A stretch of DNA of 64,000 nt from Bacteroidota bacterium (lineage in GTDB: Bacteria; Bacteroidota; Bacteroidia; UBA4408), in the NCBI GenBank assembly GCA_040385525.1, contig JAZKHE010000002.1, positions 969,786-1,033,785 on the forward strand. The letters run 5' to 3'. This document shows positions 48,156 through 57,723 of the stretch, piece by piece (the first letter of the stretch is position 1; the number at the start of each line of letters is the position of its first letter). The notes below the pieces were generated by a model that did no database searches, was not told the origin of the DNA, and saw nothing but the letters and a program-made list of their open reading frames with translations. The position numbers and the translations under genes were made by a program.

Positions 48156-49015
48156 GTTGACTTTTTTCTTTCGGTAAGTCGTCTCAATAAATAGTTTGCA
48201 AAGACAATTGAAATGTGATATCTAAATGAAGAATCGTCTTCGTCTGAAAGACCTGGATGTGAACCATCAGGATGTAATCTTGTCCAAAGTCCATATACAA
48301 AAGAGTCCGAATCTTTGTCGCTTGGGTATTCATTAAGGTCTTTACTTAAAAATGGAGGATTTGCTGTCTCTGCTAGTGTTTTTATGGCTTGTGCTGCTGT
48401 TACTGTTTGATTACCGGGCAATAGAAAATTATTTATTTCTGTCAATATAGATTCAATAAATGTTCTGAATTGTGAATTTGCACTTGCCCAATTACCCTGA
48501 GAATGATTTAAAATTGCTTGATTTAAGTGTCCTTTACTAACCTGAAAATTGTACTTGTCAATTGCTATAAAGAGTTCAGATTCCGTTTTTGCCTCTTCAA
48601 TTTCAGCAGGTAGAAGTTTCTTGATTGCTCGCCCTTCTACAATATAGCCGTCACGCTTCAAATTATGCCCAAGTTCTTGATTGTGACTTACAAAAGCATT
48701 ATTAAAATTTATTGAAAATTCATGTGCATTATCCCACTCTTTTGTCCTGCTTTCATAAAGTGGTCTTTTGTCAAAAAAATCGTCAATTATGTATTGAAGA
48801 AAATCCAATTGAATATCATTAGTAAATGGGCCTTTTTTTGTTTCAGGATAATATCTTAGTTCATTAAATATTTTTGTTGTTTTGGACATTACGGTATTCT
48901 TTTCTCCAAGTGGAATTGGAGTGAAGTTAAAAATGGAAACAATTCTATTAACTTCTGGGTGTGTTAGCGTGTCGGCTAGTTTAATTAATTCAAGAAGAGT
49001 TTTTGTGGAAAGCAT
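48140..49015 (-). CDS. Hypothetical protein, possible HEPN/Abi_C-like C-terminal domain
   Basis: Helical C-terminus HLNQAI...ANSQFRTFIESIL...RLHPDGSHPG (Rx6H). The ORF is solid; the function is inferred. Confidence 0.6.
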   Translation of the reverse strand: MLSTKTLLELIKLADTLTHPEVNRIVSIFNFTPIPLGEKNTVMSKTTKIFNELRYYPETKKGPFTNDIQLDFLQYIIDDFFDKRPLYESRTKEWDNAHEFSINFNNAFVSHNQELGHNLKRDGYIVEGRAIKKLLPAEIEEAKTESELFIAIDKYNFQVSKGHLNQAILNHSQGNWASANSQFRTFIESILTEINNFLLPGNQTVTAAQAIKTLAETANPPFLSKDLNEYPSDKDSDSFVYGLWTRLHPDGSHPGLSDEDDSSFRYHISIVFANYLLRRLTERKKSTLNTG

Positions 49016-49098
49016 AGTTTAATGTTTTTATACGGAAGTCTGAAAGTTTGCGCCTAACTTGTATATATGCGCCATAAAGTAGCGTTTATTTATTTTAC

Positions 49099-49129
49099 CA
49101 AATATATACTTTTCTTATAATAAATCAAA
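49099..49129 (-). promoter_or_regulatory. Bacteroidota sigma-A promoter facing the cassette
   Basis: TTTG (49129-49126), 19-nt spacer, TATATTTG (49106-49099). Confidence 0.65.
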
Positions 49130-49154
49130 TGCTAGTTTAACACAGTTTTTACTT

Positions 49155-49297
49155 TCTAAATCTAAACCCAACTTTAAATCTCCAATTCAATAATTCTCTA
49201 ACTTTAAACTTGCAACTCCCTAACTTACTAATCAAACCAATCTACTAATAAACTAATTCCCCAACTTTAAACCTTAAACTTGCAACTTTAAACTATG
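49155..49297. repeat. Degenerate 7/8-mer tandem array
   Basis: Units such as CAACTTT, AAACTTG, CTAACTTA, CTAATAAA, CTAATTCC, ending at the comM stop. Confidence 0.7.
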
Positions 49298-50836
49298 TTA
49301 CCCCGCCCAACTTTCTCTGTCTAAACTGCGATACTGAATAGCTTCAGCAATATGATTTGTTTCAATATTTTTTGAATTATCTAAATCGGCTATAGTGCGA
49401 GCTACTTTTAAAATACGGCTATAGGCTCTTGCAGAAAGCCCCAAACGTTCCATAGCAACTTTTAATAAACTAGTTCCTGCTTCGTTTAAAACACAATGTT
49501 GTTCTAATAATTTAGAACTCATTTGTGCATTGTTATAAACTCCATCAGAGCCTTTATAACGTTCAGTCTGTATGTTGCGTGCTGCAATAACTCTTTTTCT
49601 TATTTCTTCACTCGATTCTCCTTTTTTCTCATTTGATAATTCAGTAAACGGAACTGGCGTAACTTCTATATGAATATCAATTCTGTCTAACAAGGGACCA
49701 GAAATTTTATTCAAATATTTTGAAACCATACCCGGTGCACAAACACAATCTTTGTCGGGATGATTGTAATATCCACAGGGGCAAGGATTCATAGAAGCCA
49801 CCAACATAAATCCTGATGGATATTCAACCGAAAATTTTGCGCGTGCAATAGTTACACTTCTTTCTTCTAACGGTTGGCGCATTACTTCAAGCACCGTTCT
49901 TTTAAATTCGGGTAATTCATCTAAAAATAAAACGCCATTGTGTGCTAACGAAATTTCTCCTGGTTGTGGATTTCCGCCACCGCCAACAAGCGCTACATCG
50001 CTAATTGAGTGGTGTGGCGAACGAAATGGACGAACGTTAATAATAGAATTATTTTTACCCATTTTACCAGCTACCGAATGAATTTTTGTTGTTTCTAAAG
50101 CTTCATCTAACGAAAGTGGTGGTAAAATAGTTGGTAATCTTTTAGCAAGCATTGTTTTTCCTGCACCTGGTGGGCCAATCATAATAATGTTATGACCACC
50201 AGCCGCAGCAATTTCCATGGCGCGTTTAATATTTTCTTGTCCACGAACGTCTAAAAAATCAGAATCGAAATTGGTTTGTTTGTAGTAAAATTCCTTTTCT
50301 GTATCGAACGTTGTTGGGATTAAATTGTTTTTGTTTTCTAAAAAATCAATTACTTCTTGTAAAGATTCTACACCAATAATATCTAAACCTTCAACAATAG
50401 CTGCTTCAATTGCATTTTGTTTGGGTAAAATAAATCCTTTAAAATTTTCTTTTTTGGCTTGCACAGCAATTGGCAATGCACCTTTTATGGGTTGCAAACC
50501 GCCATCTAACGAAAGCTCGCCCATAATAATATATTCTTCTAATTTAGAAGATTGTATTTGTTCGGATGCAGCTAAAATGCCAATTGCTAAGGGTAAATCG
50601 TAAGCACTTCCTTCTTTGCGAATATCGGCAGGAGCCATATTAATTACTATACGCTTACCCGGTTTTTTATAACCAATTTGTTTTACCGCCGATTCAATTC
50701 GTTGTTCCGATTCTTTAACTGCATTATCGGGTAAGCCCACCAAAAAAAATTTGCTGCCAGCAGTAACGTTAACTTCTATAGTAATAGTTGTTGCACTAAT
50801 TCCATATACTGCAGAACCGAAAGTTTTTACTAACAT
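49298..50836 (-). CDS. comM: YifB/ComM Mg-chelatase-like AAA+ ATPase
   Basis: VGLPDNAVKES, GPPGAGKT, PFRSPHH, GVLFLDELPEF, NPCPCG, LLDRID. Confidence 0.95.
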   Translation of the reverse strand: MLVKTFGSAVYGISATTITIEVNVTAGSKFFLVGLPDNAVKESEQRIESAVKQIGYKKPGKRIVINMAPADIRKEGSAYDLPLAIGILAASEQIQSSKLEEYIIMGELSLDGGLQPIKGALPIAVQAKKENFKGFILPKQNAIEAAIVEGLDIIGVESLQEVIDFLENKNNLIPTTFDTEKEFYYKQTNFDSDFLDVRGQENIKRAMEIAAAGGHNIIMIGPPGAGKTMLAKRLPTILPPLSLDEALETTKIHSVAGKMGKNNSIINVRPFRSPHHSISDVALVGGGGNPQPGEISLAHNGVLFLDELPEFKRTVLEVMRQPLEERSVTIARAKFSVEYPSGFMLVASMNPCPCGYYNHPDKDCVCAPGMVSKYLNKISGPLLDRIDIHIEVTPVPFTELSNEKKGESSEEIRKRVIAARNIQTERYKGSDGVYNNAQMSSKLLEQHCVLNEAGTSLLKVAMERLGLSARAYSRILKVARTIADLDNSKNIETNHIAEAIQYRSLDRESWAG

Positions 50837-50839
50837 AAA

Positions 50840-51412
50840 TTAAATTTTCGATTCAATATAATGAATTAAAGAATGAATTATTTTAATGTGAATTTCTTGT
50901 GCTCTATCTGCAAATTCAGAATGAGGTGCACGAATTTCTATGTCGCATAATTTAGCAATTTCGCCACCTGTTTTTCCAGTAAGGGCAACTGTTTTTATTC
51001 CATTTTTTTTTGCAGCATGTATTGCTTCAATAACGTTTTTAGAATTTCCGCTGGTGCTAATTGCTAATAGTACATCTCCTTTTCTGCCAAGCGCTTCAAT
51101 GTATCGCGAAAAAATTTTATCAAAACCGTAATCGTTGCCAACACAAGTAATGTGCGATGCGTCAGAAATTGAAACAGCAGCTAAAGCTTTTCTGTCGTTT
51201 CTAAATCGACCACTTAATTCTTCTGCAAAATGCATGGCATCGCACATAGAACCTCCATTACCACACGAAATTATTTTGCCACCATTTTGTAATGAATCAA
51301 TCATTAAAAGGGCAGCGTCTTCTATTTTTTTTAGATTGGCATCGTTTTTGTAAAATTCTTCAAGTAATTGATTGGCTTCTTGAAAATTATTTTGAATCAA
51401 ACTTATTGACAT
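50840..51412 (-). CDS. gmhA: Phosphoheptose (sedoheptulose-7-phosphate) isomerase
   Basis: [32 protein letters not shown]; preferred start MSISL at 51412 with TACTTTTG at 51438-51431. Confidence 0.95.
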   Translation of the reverse strand: MSISLIQNNFQEANQLLEEFYKNDANLKKIEDAALLMIDSLQNGGKIISCGNGGSMCDAMHFAEELSGRFRNDRKALAAVSISDASHITCVGNDYGFDKIFSRYIEALGRKGDVLLAISTSGNSKNVIEAIHAAKKNGIKTVALTGKTGGEIAKLCDIEIRAPHSEFADRAQEIHIKIIHSLIHYIESKI

Positions 51413-51543
51413 ATTGCTAAACTTATTAACCAAAAGTAAGTATTTTACTTTATTTATAGGATTGAATATTTGATTTTTATATAAATTGTTATAAATTTAC
51501 ATCAACAATGCTAAATAAACATAATTTTAAATTGGTAAAACCG

Positions 51544-52026
51544 ATGATTAAAAAGGCTTTTTTTGTTACAGCATTAGCTCTATTCTTTGCTAATTACGTT
51601 AGTGCTCAATCTACTACAGTTACTGCTGGTTCGGGCAAAGGTTCTGATACTCAAACAGGTGATTTAAATTGTTTTCAACGTTATGAAAAAGCGTTTAAAG
51701 AAAGAGGTGCTAAGTTAATTGATGATGGCCAGCACGATAATGTTGTAATTACTGTTCGTAAAGGTAATGAATGTGAGTGCTTAACTGGTAAAGTATTAAT
51801 TGAATACGGTGCTGTTATAAAAACTTACGTTAAAATGGAAGACGGTAAATACGAAGAGTTGAATAAAAAGTTTAAAACAGGTTTAGGCGATATTTATGTT
51901 TTTAATGGAATATCAAAAACGAGAACTACAATTGATAGTGAACTAATAAATGTAGTTTTTGTAGATAAAATAAATCCTAAAAAAGCTAACTACGTTAAAG
52001 CGCCAGATGTTCCAAAAGATTTTTAA
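51544..52026 (+). CDS. Exported hypothetical protein
   Basis: Preferred start MIKKAFF; signal peptide ending VSA-Q. Confidence 0.75.
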   Translation: MIKKAFFVTALALFFANYVSAQSTTVTAGSGKGSDTQTGDLNCFQRYEKAFKERGAKLIDDGQHDNVVITVRKGNECECLTGKVLIEYGAVIKTYVKMEDGKYEELNKKFKTGLGDIYVFNGISKTRTTIDSELINVVFVDKINPKKANYVKAPDVPKDF

Positions 52027-52050
52027 TAAACTTCTCATATAAAGTAATTT

Positions 52051-52076
52051 AAAAAGAGCTCATTGAGCTCTTTTTT
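52051..52076 (+). terminator. Intrinsic terminator
   Basis: AAAAAGAGCTC-ATT-GAGCTCTTTTTT. Confidence 0.8.
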
Positions 52077-52177
52077 CGTTTTAAAAATAACTTATTATCC
52101 GATAAAATTAGATTTTTTTACGTCTAAATGTTGCGTGTATTGTTTTTTTTTATATTTTTGGTGTAAAATTCAGTACT

Positions 52178-52435
52178 ATGAAAAGTATAGCTTTATTTGT
52201 TTTACTACTATTTGTTTCTTTTTCAAGTGCGTTTTCTCAAGAATTGAAAATGGCTGAGTCAGATTTTGATAAGGCTAAAATGAAAACAAAGCCATCTGAA
52301 AAGATAGTTATTGAAGATTCTTCTAAAAAATCGTACTTAACAAAAAAAACAAACCCAGCTGAAAAATCAGTTGCAAGTTCTGATTCTATAAATGGAACAG
52401 TAATAATTACAGAAAGGAGGAGAGATGAAAAATAA
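52178..52435 (+). CDS. Small exported protein, first gene of the operon
   Basis: Signal peptide ending AFS-Q; TTG-N19-TATTTTTG promoter at 52131-52160; overlaps the next start. Confidence 0.7.
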   Translation: MKSIALFVLLLFVSFSSAFSQELKMAESDFDKAKMKTKPSEKIVIEDSSKKSYLTKKTNPAEKSVASSDSINGTVIITERRRDEK

Positions 52436-54023
52436 ATTTTTAGCATTTCTATTTTTGCTTGTCATTAGTTTATTGTACTCTAAAAGTAGCTTTGCTGCTT
52501 TTTGTACTCCAATCAATGGAGATAGATGTACAAACCCGCTTTCAATGTCAAGAAATTCTTGTCAGGATTTGAATACAACAGCAGCTGATTGTGGTCCAGA
52601 TTATACACAAGCTTCTTACCCTTGTTCTGCTTCTGATAATGATATGTGGGTATCTATTACGCTTACCGCTTGTTCTCATTTAACTTTAACAGCTACAGAA
52701 TCAATCAGTGGTAATGTAAATGTTATGTTGCTTAAAGATTGTAGTACAATTATAGAAAGCGGTTGTGGTTCTGGTGCAGGAGCAGGTGTATCAATAACTG
52801 GTGAATATTTACCAGCAGGAACTTATTTTGCCGTTGTTTCTGGCGCATCTGCCACAGGTACAATAAGGTTATGTAATTCTGTTACTTCTGCAGGTAGTGC
52901 ACCTTCAAACGATGCATGCGGTTCTCCTATAACACTTACAGCTGGTAATGGATATAATGATGATTTAGGTGGAGCAAGTAACGCGCTTACTGGTACAAAT
53001 TTTTGTGCAACAGCAACCAACGTTACAGTTTGTGGAACAGCCAATCAGGACTCTTATACTTATGTAGATATGGCTACATGTTATATTACAAATTATAGTA
53101 ATCCTGGTTTAGAGGGAGCAAATCCTTGTTGGGGGTCTGTTGAAAATAATGTTTGGTATCAATTTACAGCTCCAACAACCGATAATTACTATTTTGAGTT
53201 GTTTAGTCAATCGTGTAATACACCTAATGGAGTTCAGTTTTTAGTCACTACCGTAAAAAATTGCTCAAATGCCGAAGCAACAGCTGGCGGTTTAATGACA
53301 GCTCTTTCTGGTGGCTCTGGTGGCTATGCTTGTACTAGTACCTCTACAACTAATAATATTTATTTAGAAGTTAATTTAACTGCTGGTACTACTTATTATA
53401 TTTCTGTTGATGGTTTTGCTGGTTCTGCATGTAGTTACGAACTTATGGCGGGTATAGTACAAGCAATTCCATTAGCATTAAATGTTAAGTCTTTTACTGG
53501 TAAAAGTGTAGATGGCGGAAATTTAATTGAATGGGTAATTGGCGATTTAAAGGCAACTAAGAGTTATGTTTTAGAAAAATCACACGATGGTATTAACTTT
53601 TCTAATGTGGATGTATTAAAGTCAACAAATTCCGATAAAGGTTCGTTTAAGTTTTTAGATGAAAATGTTGAACATGAAAAAACATACTACAGAGTATCCG
53701 TTTTTGATGATAATAATACATCAAAAGAGAGAACCGAAGTTATTTCTGTAAATAAATCTGATAAAAAAGATATTGCGCTTTTTAGTGTTTATCCAAATCC
53801 ATCAGAAAGCAATGTGACAATTAGTTTTCATTCAGATAACGCAATTGACAAGTTTTTTTATATCTACAATTCAACAGGTAAGTTAGTTAAAGAAATAATT
53901 GTTATACCACAAGTTGGTTTAAACGAATTTGAAATTGAAACTGCTTTGTTTGAAAAAGGAATTTATCAGTTAATACTCGTTTCAACTAATCAAACAGATA
54001 AAATAAAATTTATAAAAAATTAA
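52425..54023 (+). CDS. Cys-rich T9SS cargo protein with PPC-like domains
   Basis: Signal peptide; 18 Cys; NDAC, WYQFTA, LTAGTTYYISVDG; IPL...F.G linker; YPNPS...KFIKN CTD. Confidence 0.85.
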   Translation: MKNKFLAFLFLLVISLLYSKSSFAAFCTPINGDRCTNPLSMSRNSCQDLNTTAADCGPDYTQASYPCSASDNDMWVSITLTACSHLTLTATESISGNVNVMLLKDCSTIIESGCGSGAGAGVSITGEYLPAGTYFAVVSGASATGTIRLCNSVTSAGSAPSNDACGSPITLTAGNGYNDDLGGASNALTGTNFCATATNVTVCGTANQDSYTYVDMATCYITNYSNPGLEGANPCWGSVENNVWYQFTAPTTDNYYFELFSQSCNTPNGVQFLVTTVKNCSNAEATAGGLMTALSGGSGGYACTSTSTTNNIYLEVNLTAGTTYYISVDGFAGSACSYELMAGIVQAIPLALNVKSFTGKSVDGGNLIEWVIGDLKATKSYVLEKSHDGINFSNVDVLKSTNSDKGSFKFLDENVEHEKTYYRVSVFDDNNTSKERTEVISVNKSDKKDIALFSVYPNPSESNVTISFHSDNAIDKFFYIYNSTGKLVKEIIVIPQVGLNEFEIETALFEKGIYQLILVSTNQTDKIKFIKN

Positions 54024-54058
54024 GTGTTAAGTGTAATTTTTAACTTAATTTTAGAAGG

Positions 54059-55618
54059 ATGTTGTTTACATCCTTTTTTTATGTTTTAATTTTTAAAGTG
54101 AAAGCCAATTACTCAAACGTTGCATTTATTATAGGAGGTGTTTCAGTTTCAACGGAATTGCTTTGCTATCAGCTTCTGCAACCATTCGCTGGAAACTCTT
54201 TTTTTATTTGGTTGATAACATTATCGTTTACATTAATTGGAATGTTGTTGGGGTATTATTCTACTTATAATAAAAATACAACAGTTGAATCTTTGCCAAA
54301 GTATATTTGTATTGCATTGTTTTTTTATTTTGCATCAACTTATATTACAAAACAAATAATCTATAAATTTTATACCTTAGATTATAGATTATTAAGCGCA
54401 ATAATTGCATTGTTTTTTGTAATTCCAGTTTCATTTTATTTAACTAAAATAACTCCAATACTTGTTTCGGTATCAAAAAAAAATGAGGAACAAAAAAATG
54501 TTGGTAATCTCTTTTTATTATCTACAATTGGTGCGGCAACTTTTATTTTAGTTACGGGTGTAGTTTTAATACCCTATTTTGGTTTTTTAACTTCTAAATT
54601 TCTATTAAGTGTATGTTTATTAATTTGTGTATTTGTATGTTATAAAATTTCAAAATCTAAAAGTAAATTGTATATTTATTTAGGCATGTTAATTGTTTTT
54701 TTTCAGCTTTTAGAAGTTATAGTAAGTAAAAAACAAATGGTTGCAAATTCAACTATAGAATACGCATCAAGTAGTATATTGGGGCAAATGCAGGTAATTA
54801 ATAATGGTAAAGCAAAAATGTTGGTTGTTAATAGTATGCTCCAATCAACTGATAATATAAACGAAGATTTTTCGACATTCCCATACGTACATTTTATTTC
54901 TTACGTATCTTCTTTGTATCCAGAAAAATCTAATATTCTTTTAGGTGGAGTTGGTTCTGGTAGTTTAATTAAAGAATTTATTAAACTAAAATTAAATGTA
55001 ACCGCTGTTGATATTGATAAAAGAATGTTTGATGTTGCCGAAGAAAATTTTAATTTAAATAGAGAATTGTATGATTTTTATGTGGATGATTTTAGACATT
55101 TTTTAAATAAAACAAAAAATAAATATGATGTTGTTGTTCTTGATATAAGTATAGGAGAGAGCCAACCAGCGCATTTATATACTGTTGAGAGTTTTTCGAA
55201 AATTAAAGATTGTTTAACCGAAAACGGAATTGTATTAATTCATTATGTTGCAGATACAAAAAGTAAAAGTTTTTGTTCATTATATAACACAATTTTAGAA
55301 TCGGGTATGCAAAGTAAAGTGTATTCAACTAATGAATATTCAAATTCAGACTTGGTTTTAGTTGTAACAAAAAATAATTTAAATAAATACTTAAATGCTA
55401 ATCAGTTTAGAAAAAATGATAGGCATGTAGAAGCGCTTAAAATTGCGAATTTTTATAATAAGCCTAAATCTGATTTTAATTGCGCAAATGCAATTATTTT
55501 TACCGACAATAACCCCGTTTTAGATATTTTGCACCAGGAATTTGTTATAGAAACAAGAACAAATACGCTTAAAAATGTACCAACTTTAAAGGTTAATAAT
55601 TTAATTGGATATGAATAA
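54059..55618 (+). CDS. Fused half-MFS / spermidine-synthase-fold SAM transferase
   Basis: About 7 TM helices, then LLGGVGSGSL, VDID, DDFRHFL, YDVVVLD, FTDNNP; start may be GTG 54098. Confidence 0.85.
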   Translation: MLFTSFFYVLIFKVKANYSNVAFIIGGVSVSTELLCYQLLQPFAGNSFFIWLITLSFTLIGMLLGYYSTYNKNTTVESLPKYICIALFFYFASTYITKQIIYKFYTLDYRLLSAIIALFFVIPVSFYLTKITPILVSVSKKNEEQKNVGNLFLLSTIGAATFILVTGVVLIPYFGFLTSKFLLSVCLLICVFVCYKISKSKSKLYIYLGMLIVFFQLLEVIVSKKQMVANSTIEYASSSILGQMQVINNGKAKMLVVNSMLQSTDNINEDFSTFPYVHFISYVSSLYPEKSNILLGGVGSGSLIKEFIKLKLNVTAVDIDKRMFDVAEENFNLNRELYDFYVDDFRHFLNKTKNKYDVVVLDISIGESQPAHLYTVESFSKIKDCLTENGIVLIHYVADTKSKSFCSLYNTILESGMQSKVYSTNEYSNSDLVLVVTKNNLNKYLNANQFRKNDRHVEALKIANFYNKPKSDFNCANAIIFTDNNPVLDILHQEFVIETRTNTLKNVPTLKVNNLIGYE

Positions 55619-57140
55619 AAATAAATTGATTTTTATTTTGCTGTTTATAGAAGGATTCCTTTTGTCCTGTATTGAATTAGCCTATTCTAAATATTCAAAT
55701 TCGTTTTTTGGAAATTCGCTTTATAACTGGAGTTTTATAATTGGCTTAACAATGTTTTTTTTAGTAATTGGATATTTGTTAAGCTTAACAAAATTTGTAA
55801 TTAATTTTTATTCTAAAATAGAAAATGTATTGTTGGTGTTTTCGTTAATCTGTGTAATTACTTTTTCATTATTTTCGTTACACGAAGTTTTGTTTTTAAA
55901 AATCTATAGTTTATTTCAGCATGTTTTAGCATCTTCTTTTGCGTCAGCTTTTTTGTTTTTAAGCTTGCCTATTTCAATAATAGCAACTATTCCAACAACA
56001 ATAACGTTTCATTTATCAAAGCAAAAAAATGATTTACAATCAAAAACAGGGAACACTTTTTTTGTTTCAACCTTAGGAGGGATTTTTGGCGCAATACTAT
56101 TTGGCGTTTTTATTTTACCCAACTTAGGCTATTTTAATGGCTATAAAGTTCTTTCTATTTCTGTATTGATTTTTGTTTGTATCACTTTGTTGTATTTAAA
56201 GAAATTTAAAGTATTTACGTTGTCGTTAGTTTTTTTGGTGTTAGTTTTTTTGAAAGAAAATGCAATTGCTAATACAGATATAATTTACGAATCAGAAGGA
56301 TTGTTAGGGAAAATACAAGTGGTTAACTACAGAGGGGTTTTAGGAAAAATTGAAGGGAGACAATTAATTTGTAATAATTCAATTCAAACATGGATTGACA
56401 CCAAAACTGGAAACTCCTTAGGCAAATATCCTTATATAATTGAAAGTATAATTCAAGAAAGAAAAAGCGGTAATCAAATTGCAAAAACAGGCTTAGTGCT
56501 TGGTTTGGGCGGAGGAACAATAAGTTATATTTTAGAAAAAAATAATATTAAATGCTATAGTGTTGAGCTTGATAAAAGAATAGCTGAGGTTTCTAAAAAA
56601 TATTTTTACAACTTTAAAAACAATGAAATTATTATTAATGATGCCAGAAAATATTTGAATACTGATAATAAAACATACGACGTTATAGTTTCTGATGTAT
56701 TTATTAGTGAAAATCCTCCCTATCATATTTTAACTTTAGAATCTTTTCAATTAATTAAAAATAGATTGTCACAAAATGGAATTTATATAATTAATTTTAA
56801 CGGTTACATACAAGGAAAAGATGGTTTAGTAGGACGAAGTTTGGTTAAAACACTTAAAAAATCAGGTTTTCAAGTTAGATGCATTGTTGGCTCAGATGAT
56901 CAAGAAACTAGAAACAATATTTATATCTGTTATAAATCTGATGAAGATTTTAAAACTTCTACAATTGAAAACACTTTAAAAATAAATAATGTAAGTGAAT
57001 TTGATTTGAATACAATTCAGCTAAATGATAGTTATGTGTTTACAGATAATGATCCTGTTTTAGAACTAATTAATTCTAAATCGGCAGTTAATTGGAGAAA
57101 ACATTCAATAGAATATTTAAAAAATAATTATGAAAAATAA
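55605..57140 (+). CDS. Fused half-MFS / spermidine-synthase-fold SAM transferase
   Basis: About 7 TM helices, then LVLGLGGG, VELD, DARKYL, YDVIVSDVF, PYHILTLE, FTDNDP. Confidence 0.88.
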   Translation: MDMNKNKLIFILLFIEGFLLSCIELAYSKYSNSFFGNSLYNWSFIIGLTMFFLVIGYLLSLTKFVINFYSKIENVLLVFSLICVITFSLFSLHEVLFLKIYSLFQHVLASSFASAFLFLSLPISIIATIPTTITFHLSKQKNDLQSKTGNTFFVSTLGGIFGAILFGVFILPNLGYFNGYKVLSISVLIFVCITLLYLKKFKVFTLSLVFLVLVFLKENAIANTDIIYESEGLLGKIQVVNYRGVLGKIEGRQLICNNSIQTWIDTKTGNSLGKYPYIIESIIQERKSGNQIAKTGLVLGLGGGTISYILEKNNIKCYSVELDKRIAEVSKKYFYNFKNNEIIINDARKYLNTDNKTYDVIVSDVFISENPPYHILTLESFQLIKNRLSQNGIYIINFNGYIQGKDGLVGRSLVKTLKKSGFQVRCIVGSDDQETRNNIYICYKSDEDFKTSTIENTLKINNVSEFDLNTIQLNDSYVFTDNDPVLELINSKSAVNWRKHSIEYLKNNYEK

Positions 57141-57723
57141 TAAATTATTTTTAATCACATCTTTTATAGAAGGTGGTACATTGTTAGCAACAGAGCTAAT
57201 AAGTGCTAAAGCAGTTGCTCCATATTATGGAACATCAATAGTTGTTTGGGCTTTGGTTTTATCAATTACATTATTAGGTTTAGCAATTGGCTACTATTTA
57301 GGTGGTAAATATACTGTTAACGAGTTTTCGAATAAGCCATTGTTAATTGTTTTTGGAGCAGCCATAGTTTTAAATTTAATTTCTCCATTTCTATCAAAAG
57401 CAATAATGCAAATGCTAATTAATTTTGATTTGGGAATAGCTGTATTCATTTCTTTACTAATTTTTTTGGCGCCATTAATGATAGTTTACGGAATGATTTC
57501 GCCAATGATTGTTGGTAAATTGCAGTTGTTTAATACAACACAAAATAATGTGGGTTTAGTTTTTAGTGTGTCAACTTTTGGAGGAGTTTTGTTTTGTTTT
57601 TTGTATGGACTTTATGTAATTCCTTTTTGGGGATTAAATGAAGCTTATTTTTTAAACGCAGTATTGCTTTTATTTTGTTTACCAATTTTTGTTTTTGGAA
57701 AAACTACTACAATTAAAAATTAA
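57130..57723 (+). CDS. Stand-alone 6-TM half-MFS domain paralogous to the two upstream proteins
   Basis: FIEGG...EL...PYYGTS..VW...L...GLAIGYY and FSVSTFGG motifs. Confidence 0.82.
   Translation: MKNNKLFLITSFIEGGTLLATELISAKAVAPYYGTSIVVWALVLSITLLGLAIGYYLGGKYTVNEFSNKPLLIVFGAAIVLNLISPFLSKAIMQMLINFDLGIAVFISLLIFLAPLMIVYGMISPMIVGKLQLFNTTQNNVGLVFSVSTFGGVLFCFLYGLYVIPFWGLNEAYFLNAVLLLFCLPIFVFGKTTTIKN

Larger units (their letters stand above)
48022..49058 (-). mobile_element. Solitary integron-like gene cassette
   Basis: GTTAGGC core site at 49058-49052, a single ORF, then the attC-like site; no integrase in the window. Confidence 0.7.

Noticed and set aside
2774-56726. Many short ORFs antisense or out of frame within long genes (e.g. 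7808-8212, 11862-12395, 15684-15902, 21457-21855, 29712-30108, 35961-36302, 41014-41755, 50325-51353)
   Set aside because: They shadow well-supported genes and show no recognisable motifs.
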